Positions 51,574 through 59,147 are shown, numbered from the stretch's first letter. The stretch is 64,000 nt of DNA from Bacteroidales bacterium (GCA_017999895.1 JAGNKY010000001.1:218715-282714); one strand, 5' to 3'. Made by a program: numbers and translations. Notes: generated from the letters alone by a model not told the origin.

Positions 51574-52899
51574 ATGGGATGTCAAACAGATAAAACTTAC
51601 ATGCCGGAACTTAACAAACAAGAGATTCGCAGTCCTGAGATGCAGGAGGTGATGTCGGGGATACCCGGAAGTATTATTAGATGGGGGTTGTTCATCTTTT
51701 TTGGTATAGTAATAATCTTTATTGCAGGGAGTTACTTTATAAAAAATCCCGAGATTGTTACAGTTCCTGTTGTTATTACCACTCAGAATCCGCCGGTTTC
51801 CATTGTTGCAAAATCAGGGGGCGAGATAGATAAATTATATGTTTCGGAAGGCTCGACGGTCGGGGAAGACGATGTTATAGCATTAATAAGTAACACATGC
51901 AATTATGACGACGAGAAAAGGCTTAAACGGTTCATTTCAGTCTTCGATGATAAGACGGACTGGGCAGTTATTGTTCGTATGCAACAGTCTCCTCCCGACC
52001 TGTCGTTAGGTGAAATACAAAGCGAATATGTCAGTTTTCAGAAAGTATGGAAAGAGATGAAGGATTATCTCGATCAGGCATATATTCCTTCAAAGCTGAG
52101 TCTTCTTGAAGAGCAAATAACCAGAAAGAAAGAATATAACGATGAGCTTGTCCGTCAGAAGGAGCTTCTTACGGAAGATCTTCTTCTTACAAGAAACAGT
52201 TTTGAACGCGATTCCATTCTATTTCATAGGCAGAGTTATTCGATATCGGTAAATGAATTTGAGAAATCGAGGCAGGCTTATATTCAGAAGCAATATTCCT
52301 ACAGTGTTTTCAATGCATCGCTAAAAAATAATGAGGCGGAATTTTTGCGTCTTAATGAAACACGGCTTGACCTGGAGATACAATATGAAAAAGAGCTGAA
52401 GCAATACATTTTTGCTATTGAAGAGTCGCTTCAGTTACTGAGGAGTTCAATATCACAGTGGGAAGAAAAGTATTTGATTAGAAGTCCGGTAGAAGGGAAA
52501 GTTACATTTAACAGGACACGGTATGAGAATCAGTCAATAAAGGTAGGAGAAACTTTTGCTGTGGTTATACCCGGTAATGCTTCTGAGGTTATTGCACGTG
52601 CAGTTATACCTGTGTCCGGATTTGGGAAGGTCAACACAGGGCAGTCTGTTAACATAAAGCTTTCCGGCTTTCCATATATGCAATATGGAGTATTGAAGGG
52701 AAGGATTTATTCCGTATCACAGGTACCCGGTGAGGAAGGTTTTATTGCAGAGATAGAGCTTACCGGGGGAATGACGTCAACATACAGGGAAAAAATAAGG
52801 TTCATTCATGAAATGAGCGGAACAGCCGATATTATTACCGGTAACAGCAGGCTGTTATATAGGTTTATTAAACCGATAAGAAGCATAATAAGCGAATAA
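51574..52899 (+). CDS. HlyD-family membrane fusion/adaptor protein
   Basis: N-terminal TM segment, a long coiled coil, and a C-terminal beta-barrel (GMTSTYREKIRF...GTADIITG), typical of bacteriocin-exporter accessory proteins. The start is ATG 51574 or 51601; the ORF track used TTG 51559. Confidence 0.88.
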   Translation: MGCQTDKTYMPELNKQEIRSPEMQEVMSGIPGSIIRWGLFIFFGIVIIFIAGSYFIKNPEIVTVPVVITTQNPPVSIVAKSGGEIDKLYVSEGSTVGEDDVIALISNTCNYDDEKRLKRFISVFDDKTDWAVIVRMQQSPPDLSLGEIQSEYVSFQKVWKEMKDYLDQAYIPSKLSLLEEQITRKKEYNDELVRQKELLTEDLLLTRNSFERDSILFHRQSYSISVNEFEKSRQAYIQKQYSYSVFNASLKNNEAEFLRLNETRLDLEIQYEKELKQYIFAIEESLQLLRSSISQWEEKYLIRSPVEGKVTFNRTRYENQSIKVGETFAVVIPGNASEVIARAVIPVSGFGKVNTGQSVNIKLSGFPYMQYGVLKGRIYSVSQVPGEEGFIAEIELTGGMTSTYREKIRFIHEMSGTADIITGNSRLLYRFIKPIRSIISE

Positions 52900-52935
52900 G
52901 AAATTATTAAATTTTGCTGTGTTCAAAACGCCTTA

Positions 52936-52995
52936 TGTCCGGTTTTGACCGATATTGTCCGATATTGTCCGATTTTGACCGAAAATTACCGAAAA
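52936..52995. repeat. six tandem degenerate 10-bp repeats (TKWCCGRWWW)
   Basis: TGTCCGGTTT TGACCGATAT TGTCCGATAT TGTCCGATTT TGACCGAAAA TTACCGAAAA, starting 37 nt after the hlyD stop. Confidence 0.8.
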
Positions 52996-53089
52996 TTTCC
53001 CATTATTTTTTGTTGTTATTTGAAACTATTTGCTTAACTTTTTATCCGTTAGCTGTTAAAAGGTTATAGTGAAACATCAATGATAATAG

Positions 53090-53386
53090 GGAACGGATAT
53101 AAGGTTTTCGAGAGTTGACGAACGTCTTAAGCGTATTGCAAATGTTCTGCTCATTAATGCCAGTTTTACCGACAACCTTGGACTATTATACGGTAAAATG
53201 GGGATCGCGATATTTTTATATCAATATAATTTTGAATATAATAGAAAGGCAAGGTCAGAAATATTGGCAGAGGGCATAGGGCTGAGAGCAAAGGGCAAAA
53301 TTATACTGCAATCAACACTGTTCTCCTCGTTCTTTGCCCTCCGTTCTTTGCCCTTAGCCTTCAGCCACTTAACAGAGAGGAGGTAA
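53090..53386 (+). pseudogene. start-less open frame: LanC-like N-terminal fragment fused in frame to heptad element copy B
   Basis: After a TGA TAA TAG triple stop, the frame reads ...RLKRIANVLLINASFTDNLGLLYGKMGIAIFLYQYN... This GLL-G-K-x-GIA-hydrophobic pattern resembles the first helical repeat of LanC-like cyclases. The frame then runs through the repeat. Confidence 0.3.
53266..53370. repeat. heptanucleotide-array hairpin element, copy B
   Basis: The left arm is identical to copy A. The right arm is TCTCCTC GTTCTTT GCCCTCC GTTCTTT GCCCTTA GCCTTCA GCCACTT. About 190 nt (53253-53441) are homologous to 47282-47455. Confidence 0.8.
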
Positions 53387-53421
53387 GCCTATGTGCAGAT
53401 AATACTATCCCGTGCCTTCTG

Positions 53422-53441
53422 TTGCGGCCTGTGAAAAGATA
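53422..53441 (+). promoter_or_regulatory. conserved cassette box 2 (TTGCGGCCTGTGAAAAGATA)
   Basis: 19/20 match to box 1, 47 nt upstream of the P2 ATG. Confidence 0.6.
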
Positions 53442-53488
53442 AAACAGGGAAGAATAAAAATAAATTATTTAACTAAAAATATAAAACT

Positions 53489-53716
53489 ATGAAAAAAATT
53501 GGTAAATTGCACATAAATCAGGATAAGATTATGAAGAATGAAGAACTTTTAGTACTTCAGGGAGGTTATGGAAGTGAGTGTGGTTTCTTGTGTTGTGTTT
53601 ATCTTGGTTCATCATTACTTTACTGCGGTGTCGGTTGTGGTGATAGTGCATTCGGAGCAGAAGCTAATTGTAATATGGAGTTCGGCCAATATGGATATAA
53701 CTGTAAATGCTGGTGA
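53489..53716 (+). CDS. double-glycine-leader Cys-rich peptide precursor P2 (26-aa leader + 49-aa core, 8 Cys)
   Basis: Leader MKKIGKLHINQDKIMKNEELLVLQGG. The core has 8 Cys and ends YNCKCW. Confidence 0.85.
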   Translation: MKKIGKLHINQDKIMKNEELLVLQGGYGSECGFLCCVYLGSSLLYCGVGCGDSAFGAEANCNMEFGQYGYNCKCW

Positions 53717-53802
53717 TTAAACTGAGTTAATTGAATCTCCTGTTATGAACATAAGATATTTAACTTGGTGATTGAAATAATAGGAGACTCTAATTTTAAA
53801 AT

Positions 53803-55071
53803 ATGAAGGAAGCTATTCTTTTTATTGGCTTGTTAATATCAATTATTCGTTGTTCATGCTCTTTTCATGAAAAAACGGATAATAATTTATATCATATTGA
53901 CATAGAAGCTAATATGCATAAAATGCAGCAGATCAATCTTAGTAAGTTTACAAAAAGTATTGAATACCTTCCTATGGAGATAAAGGATAATTTGGCATTT
54001 ACCGGAATTTGGGAGTGTGTGTTTTCTGATAAATACTTTTTAGCTAAAGATATTTCTAAATGTCTGCTTTATGATTATAATGGTAAATTAATTTCTATAA
54101 TCGGGAATCGTGGGCGAGGGCCTGGAGAGTATCAATATGTCAATAATGTGGCATTTGGTTTGAATAAGATTTATTTGCAAAGTTTAAGGGATTTAATGGA
54201 ATACGGTTTTGATGGTTCTTTTCATGATATACACAGGAATTTATTTTTTTTCAAAAGCTATTATGTGGGAAAATGGTTACCTCTGAACGATTCATTGTTT
54301 TTTGGAAAAATAGAGACTATAGTTGGGAATGAACCGTGCAAGGCATTAATATTTGATTTAAACGGGAACACTGTAAAGGAGTTTAAAAACTATATCATTT
54401 TTCAACGGGAGAAACCTTTATCCAGTGAAACGGAACGTCATGCAAATATCTATCGTTTTCAGAATGAGATCTTTTTTAAAGAATTACATAATGATACATT
54501 ATTCTATTTATCAGAACAGTTGGAACTTATACCAAAATATGTAATCGATCTGGGACAATACACTGTTCCAGTTTCGATAAGAAAACTTTTGATTATTCCG
54601 GAGAATAATTATATGACTGTAAATAATGTCTTTCAAACTTCAGATTATTTGTTCCTTGATACAAACTTCGGTTCACATTTTCCTGCTAGAAGATTGACAC
54701 CTATAAAATTACCAATATTTAATATTGAATCATATTATAACACTCAAGATGTATTGGGCATATTCGATAGAAGGAATAAAGAATTAATTTTTTGCAGTCC
54801 AACCAGCACAGATAATCCGTTATTTACTACAGGTTTTTATAATGATGTTGATGCCGGCCCGAGGTTCTTTCCAAAGGTGCAGGTCGATGACTCAACTATG
54901 GTAATGTGGGTTGATTCTAAACAGCTTAAGGATCATATTGCAAGTGAGGAATTTAAAAATGCTAAGCCTCTATATCCTGAAAAGAAGGAAGCGTTGAAAC
55001 ATCTGGCCGACAGTCTGAGTGAGTACGATAATCCTGTACTGATGTTTGTAACTTTCAAGAGTGAAAAATGA
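53803..55071 (+). CDS. exported six-bladed beta-propeller protein, paralogue 3
   Basis: 422 aa. Signal peptide with Cys (IIRCSC), GRGPGEY, NDVDAGPRFFP. The 3' 137 nt are near-identical to paralogue 2. Confidence 0.85.
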   Translation: MKEAILFIGLLISIIRCSCSFHEKTDNNLYHIDIEANMHKMQQINLSKFTKSIEYLPMEIKDNLAFTGIWECVFSDKYFLAKDISKCLLYDYNGKLISIIGNRGRGPGEYQYVNNVAFGLNKIYLQSLRDLMEYGFDGSFHDIHRNLFFFKSYYVGKWLPLNDSLFFGKIETIVGNEPCKALIFDLNGNTVKEFKNYIIFQREKPLSSETERHANIYRFQNEIFFKELHNDTLFYLSEQLELIPKYVIDLGQYTVPVSIRKLLIIPENNYMTVNNVFQTSDYLFLDTNFGSHFPARRLTPIKLPIFNIESYYNTQDVLGIFDRRNKELIFCSPTSTDNPLFTTGFYNDVDAGPRFFPKVQVDDSTMVMWVDSKQLKDHIASEEFKNAKPLYPEKKEALKHLADSLSEYDNPVLMFVTFKSEK

Positions 55072-55110
55072 TAACCAATAGGTAATAGGAAAACAAGGTC
55101 AGGGATATTA

Positions 55111-55208
55111 GCGCAGAGGGTAGTGCATACGAAGCGAAGTAGAGTCCTGAGCATTGAGAGAGCTCAGAAATCAGAGTTATTCTTTGCCCTCAGCTCCCCT
55201 TTGCCCGC
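55111..55208. repeat. heptad element copy C, left part (interrupted by the IS)
   Basis: GCGCAGA GGGTAGT GCATACG AAGCGAA GTAGAGT ... TCTTTGC CCTCAGC TCCCCTT TGCCCGC. It ends at the IS256 target-site duplication. Confidence 0.7.
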
Positions 55209-56560
55209 GAGGGTGTTCAAAAAAGTGTGTCAAAGAGTAAGTAATAAAAAATAGATTTGACACATGGAAAATAAGGAACGAAAACGGACGCCTCGAATAG
55301 AGGAACTGATTCCTGACTCTGAGAGGCGGGAGCAGGTATTAAACAGGTTATACAAAGGGGAACCCATACTTGGGGATGGAGGCATATTTACAGAAATGCT
55401 TCAAGCCTTTGTCAATGCAGCCCTTGAAGGGGAGATGGATCATCATCTGAAAGGGGGAAAAGGTGGATGCCAGGGCAACAGGCGCAACGGTCATACGCAC
55501 AAGGTAGTAAGAAGCACAGCAGGTCCATTTGAAGTTCATACTCCCCGGGACCGGGATGGGGAACACGAACCCATTCTGATTAAGAAATGGGAAAGGGAAC
55601 TTGGGACCGGTCTGGATGATATCATACTGAGTTTATATGCACGAGGACAATCGGTTGAAGATGTTCGGTATCAGTTGCGCAGGTTGTATGGATTAGAAGT
55701 GAGCGCAGGAGCGATAAGTGCGGTTACCGACCGTGTCTGGAGCGAGATTACCCAATGGCAGGAAAGGCCTCTGTCACCATTACAGGTAATAGTTTACCTG
55801 GATGCAATTCATTACAAGGTAAGGGAATCAGGTCAGATTATCTCCAAGGCGATATATACGGTTTATGGGGTAGATGTAAATGGAGAGCGAGATGTACTTG
55901 GGCTTTATCTGAGCGACAATGAAGGCTCGCGACAATGGGGTCTCATCCTTGAAGATATCAAGCGCAGAGGAGTGGATGATGTCTTATTCTTTTGTGTAGA
56001 TGGGCTTAAGGGGTTCAAAGAGGTGATTGAACAGGTATATCCTGAATCGATCCTGCAGCGCTGTATTGTTCATATGGTGCGAACATCGACACGGTTTGTA
56101 AGTGACAAAGATATTAAGGCAGTGTGTTCAGATCTGCGCAAAATTTACTCTTCAGCAGACAGGCAGCATGCGGAAATTGCCATGGAAGCCTTTGGTGAAA
56201 AATGGGGCAAATACCCTGAGATAAAGCCAAAATGGGAAGAGAACTGGGAAGAGTTGATGGCATTTATGGATTATAGCTCCAATATCCGCAGGATGATTTA
56301 TACGACCAATCCAGTAGAAGCTCTTCACCGAATTATGCGCAAGGTCACAAAAACAAAAGGAGCATGGATCAATGACAAGGGATTATTAAAACAGCTATAT
56401 TTAGCACTTAAGTACAACGAAAAAAGCTGGAAACGTAAAGCCTTCAACTGGCTTCCGATCCATAGAGAGCTCATTGAAAAGTTTGGAGACAGGTATGCAA
56501 AATTTGTTGTCCAATAAGTTTACCCGAAAAAGAAAATGACACACTTTTTTGAACATACCC
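55209..56560 (+). mobile_element. intact IS256-family insertion sequence (1352 bp)
   Basis: Terminal inverted repeats GAGGGTGTTCAAAAAAGTGTGTCA (left) and TGACACACTTTTTTGAACATACCC (right), with 19 bp perfect. Flanked by the 8-bp direct repeat TTGCCCGC (55201-55208 and 56561-56568). Confidence 0.9.
55264..56517 (+). CDS. IS256-family (mutator-type) transposase
   Basis: 417 aa and full length. DAIHYKV...CVDGLKGF...IVHMVR...IYTTNPVEALH are typical of Transposase_mut. Confidence 0.93.
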   Translation: MENKERKRTPRIEELIPDSERREQVLNRLYKGEPILGDGGIFTEMLQAFVNAALEGEMDHHLKGGKGGCQGNRRNGHTHKVVRSTAGPFEVHTPRDRDGEHEPILIKKWERELGTGLDDIILSLYARGQSVEDVRYQLRRLYGLEVSAGAISAVTDRVWSEITQWQERPLSPLQVIVYLDAIHYKVRESGQIISKAIYTVYGVDVNGERDVLGLYLSDNEGSRQWGLILEDIKRRGVDDVLFFCVDGLKGFKEVIEQVYPESILQRCIVHMVRTSTRFVSDKDIKAVCSDLRKIYSSADRQHAEIAMEAFGEKWGKYPEIKPKWEENWEELMAFMDYSSNIRRMIYTTNPVEALHRIMRKVTKTKGAWINDKGLLKQLYLALKYNEKSWKRKAFNWLPIHRELIEKFGDRYAKFVVQ

Positions 56561-56763
56561 TTGCCCGCCGTATCCGCCGGCTGGCAGAGAAGGCGGGTGC
56601 CCTCTGCCCTGCGCTCCTTGCTCTCCCGAATCTCGGGACTGCGTCGCTTCGCTCCTTGTGTGCTCTGTGCCAATCTTTCGCAGTCTTTCAATCAGCTACA
56701 GCTTGCAAAGCTTCCGCCTCTTTCCTTCTGCCTATCGCCTTTCGCCTTCTTCCCTGACTTCGG
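56561..56763. repeat. heptad element copy C, right part
   Basis: C/T-rich heptads (TCTGCCC TGCGCTC CTTGCTC ... TGCCTAT CGCCTTT CGCCTTC TTCCCTG). A ~48-nt core (56663-56710) is shared with copy D. Confidence 0.75.
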
Positions 56764-56783
56764 TTGCGGCCTGTGAAAGGATA
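56764..56783 (+). promoter_or_regulatory. conserved cassette box 3 (TTGCGGCCTGTGAAAGGATA)
   Basis: Identical to box 1, 47 nt upstream of the ATG at 56831. Confidence 0.6.
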
Positions 56784-56830
56784 AATCAGGAAAACTGAAT
56801 AAAATTTATTAATTTTAAAAAATAATGGTT

Positions 56831-57073
56831 ATGAAAACACTTGGAAAATTAAAAATCAATCAGGGGAAAATTATTAAAAATGAGGAGCTGGTACAGATAA
56901 GAGGAGGTTATTCTTACTTTATCTGTCATGCTATATGTAGTGGTGGTTTGGATGACTATATCGGTTTCTCATCTACTTGTGATGAAATGGATTGGCAATG
57001 CGCAAGGGGACAATGTATTGAATTTTACAATCAGGTTTTTTATAATTGTGAGTGCGCTTGCGTCAATGGTTAA
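56831..57073 (+). CDS. double-glycine-leader Cys-rich peptide precursor P3 (26-aa leader + 54-aa core, 8 Cys)
   Basis: Leader MKTLGKLKINQGKIIKNEELVQIRGG. The second ATG is preferred over the ORF-track 56825 because it gives the same 26-aa leader and the same 47-nt box spacing as P1 and P2. The core ends YNCECACVNG. Confidence 0.85.
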   Translation: MKTLGKLKINQGKIIKNEELVQIRGGYSYFICHAICSGGLDDYIGFSSTCDEMDWQCARGQCIEFYNQVFYNCECACVNG

Positions 57074-57279
57074 ATCTACTAAATAAAAAATAATATACAA
57101 ATTGTTTAAAAGCTTTTTAGTCGTTTAATGATGTTGAATTATTTAGTGCCATGTCAGCTTAATTAATGTTTTTTATTGCATAAAAATGTTAAAATAAAAT
57201 GTAATATTACAAAAAGAGGAAGAATAATTACTTAAATTGGCATGGCACTTTTACTTAATTAAATTTATCATAGAGTTCG

Positions 57280-58617
57280 ATGTTAAATTTATTTACTAAT
57301 CAATTAAATATAATTAATAAATTAATTTTCCCAATCTGTCTGATTGTCTTATTAATAGCGTCACGCTGCTTATCAAAAAGGCCGATAAATATATTACCGC
57401 TTATTGATATAGAAGCAAATATAAATAATATGCAGAAAGTTTATCTCAGTGAATTTACCGATAATATATGGTATGTTCCTCTTGAAAGTAATCCAGACTT
57501 TTTATTATACTGGACTTATAATAACTTATCGGATTTCTCCGAAAACTATATTTTGTATTCTGATGGAAAGATGTGCCTTCTATATGATAATGAGGGACGA
57601 TTTATCCGACCAATTGGCAAACAGGGCAGAGGTCCGGGAGAATATATAGGAATAGATTATATAGCATTGATAAATGAAAAAATATTTATACATGACTATT
57701 TTACCGATGATCTATTAGAATATAATATTGATGGAACTTTTATAAACCGTAACAAGAGTGGTTTTACTGGACATGACAAATACCGTCTGAGAGATGCAAT
57801 TATGATAAATGATTCAATGATTTTCGGAAATATTCAAAACTATACAGGTCATGAAGAATATAAGGCTTTGATTGTTGATAAAAAGGGGAACATTAAATAT
57901 CCTTATAAAAACTATATTTTCTTTGACTTAAAACCTGGTGTGCCACATGCTCAGGAAATGGGGGAGGGTGCAATATTCTCCAGATTTGGAGAAATAATTT
58001 ACTTTAAAGAACCATTTAATGATACCTTATTCCAGATTGATAATCAATTTCGACTTATACCTTTTTATATTTTTAACTTTGGTAAATACAAGTTTCCACT
58101 ATCAGAAAGGGGTAAAGCCTGGGCCGATATAGATCTTTCTTCATATATTTTTTTGAATGAAATTTTTCAGACAAAAAACTATTTATTTGTTTCATGTAGA
58201 TTAGGTAAGTATTTTCCAGCAAAAAGAATAACGCCTGAAATAATACGTACACCGAGTAATAAAGATTATATCCAATGGTATAACACACAATCGGTATTAG
58301 GTATTTTTGATGAGAGAAAAGGAGATATTGTTTTCTCTGAGCCTACCAGTACAAACAATCACTTATTTACATCAGGGATTTACAATGATATTGATGCAGG
58401 ACCAAGATTTTTCCCCGATAAGATGGTAAATGATTCAACTATGATGATGAAAATCAAATTTGACTATCTTGTAGAACATATTGAAAGCAATGATTTTAAA
58501 TATAATATTCCGAAATATCCTGAAAGAAAGAAAAAACTTGAAATGCTTGTAGATAGTCTGAAAAAGGTTGAATTTGATAATCCTGTATATATGTTTGTAA
58601 CCTTTAAGTCTAAATGA
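57280..58617 (+). CDS. exported six-bladed beta-propeller protein, paralogue 4
   Basis: 445 aa. TM/signal with Cys (IASRC), GRGPGEY, NDIDAGPRFFP, tail DNPVYMFVTFKSK. Confidence 0.85.
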   Translation: MLNLFTNQLNIINKLIFPICLIVLLIASRCLSKRPINILPLIDIEANINNMQKVYLSEFTDNIWYVPLESNPDFLLYWTYNNLSDFSENYILYSDGKMCLLYDNEGRFIRPIGKQGRGPGEYIGIDYIALINEKIFIHDYFTDDLLEYNIDGTFINRNKSGFTGHDKYRLRDAIMINDSMIFGNIQNYTGHEEYKALIVDKKGNIKYPYKNYIFFDLKPGVPHAQEMGEGAIFSRFGEIIYFKEPFNDTLFQIDNQFRLIPFYIFNFGKYKFPLSERGKAWADIDLSSYIFLNEIFQTKNYLFVSCRLGKYFPAKRITPEIIRTPSNKDYIQWYNTQSVLGIFDERKGDIVFSEPTSTNNHLFTSGIYNDIDAGPRFFPDKMVNDSTMMMKIKFDYLVEHIESNDFKYNIPKYPERKKKLEMLVDSLKKVEFDNPVYMFVTFKSK

Positions 58618-58660
58618 AATTCCCTTTCTTCAAGCAGCTCGATTCCATGGATTGCGGCAA
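58614..58660 (+). pseudogene. orphan 5' end (15 codons) of a C39-ABC transporter gene
   Basis: ATGAAATTCCCTTTCTTCAAGCAGCTCGATTCCATGGATTGCGG encodes MKFPFFKQLDSMDCG. Positions 58623-58657 are 35/35 identical to 49194-49228. It overlaps the propeller stop, as the intact gene does, then runs directly into heptad element D. Confidence 0.8.
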
Positions 58661-58828
58661 GACCTTTCTCTGCCAATCCTTCGCTGTCTTTCAGCCAGCT
58701 AAGGCTTACAAAGTCTGAGCTCTGTGCTCCTTGCCCTCAGCCCTTCGCCCTGTGCCCTGCGCTCTGTGCTTCGTGCCTCACGCCTCTCGCGTCACGCCTC
58801 ATGCCTCACACCTTTTCCGTGCCTCCGA
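58661..58828. repeat. heptad element copy D (13 consecutive NNGCYCT units at 58717-58807)
   Basis: GAGCTCT GTGCTCC TTGCCCT CAGCCCT TCGCCCT GTGCCCT GCGCTCT GTGCTTC GTGCCTC ACGCCTC TCGCGTC ACGCCTC ATGCCTC, preceded by the core shared with copy C (58668-58713). Confidence 0.85.
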
Positions 58829-58848
58829 TTGCGGCCTGTGAAAGGATA
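58829..58848 (+). promoter_or_regulatory. conserved cassette box 4 (TTGCGGCCTGTGAAAGGATA)
   Basis: Identical to boxes 1 and 3, 47 nt upstream of the ATG at 58896. Positions 58829-58926 match 56764-56861 at 97 of 98 nt. Confidence 0.6.
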
Positions 58849-58895
58849 AATCTGGAAAACTGAATAAAATTTATTAATTTTAAAAAATAATGGTT

Positions 58896-59126
58896 ATGAA
58901 AACACTTGGAAAATTAAAAATCAATCCTGAAAAGTTGATGAAAAATGAGGAATTAATGACATTGAGAGGGGGATATAGCGGTGGTATAGTATTATGGTGT
59001 TTAGCTGTTGGGCCTACTTGTGTTCTACATAATATGCCCGGAAATTGTGATTGGGTATATAATGACACCATTTGTAGAATTGAATGTCCTAATTATATAG
59101 GAGTTTATTACTGTTTTTCAGAATAG
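58896..59126 (+). CDS. double-glycine-leader Cys-rich peptide precursor P4 (26-aa leader + 50-aa core, 6 Cys)
   Basis: Leader MKTLGKLKINPEKLMKNEELMTLRGG (second ATG preferred). The core has 6 Cys. Confidence 0.85.
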   Translation: MKTLGKLKINPEKLMKNEELMTLRGGYSGGIVLWCLAVGPTCVLHNMPGNCDWVYNDTICRIECPNYIGVYYCFSE

Positions 59127-59147
59127 GAGTTGATTTAAGATTAATTT

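Noticed and set aside
56401-56776. ORFs of 73-96 aa (56401-56691 minus, 56536-56757 plus, 56549-56776 plus), plus 49384-49572 and 49421-49624
   Set aside because: They lie in the GC-rich heptad arrays, which lack stop codons in several frames. The translations are Ala/Leu/Pro/Arg-rich and low-complexity. The ORFs overlap each other and the IS end.
47293-58828. Possibility that the short tandem repeats are a CRISPR array
   Set aside because: The units are 7, 10 or 11 nt with no unique spacers of 25-50 nt. There are no 25-40 nt direct repeats and no cas genes in the window.
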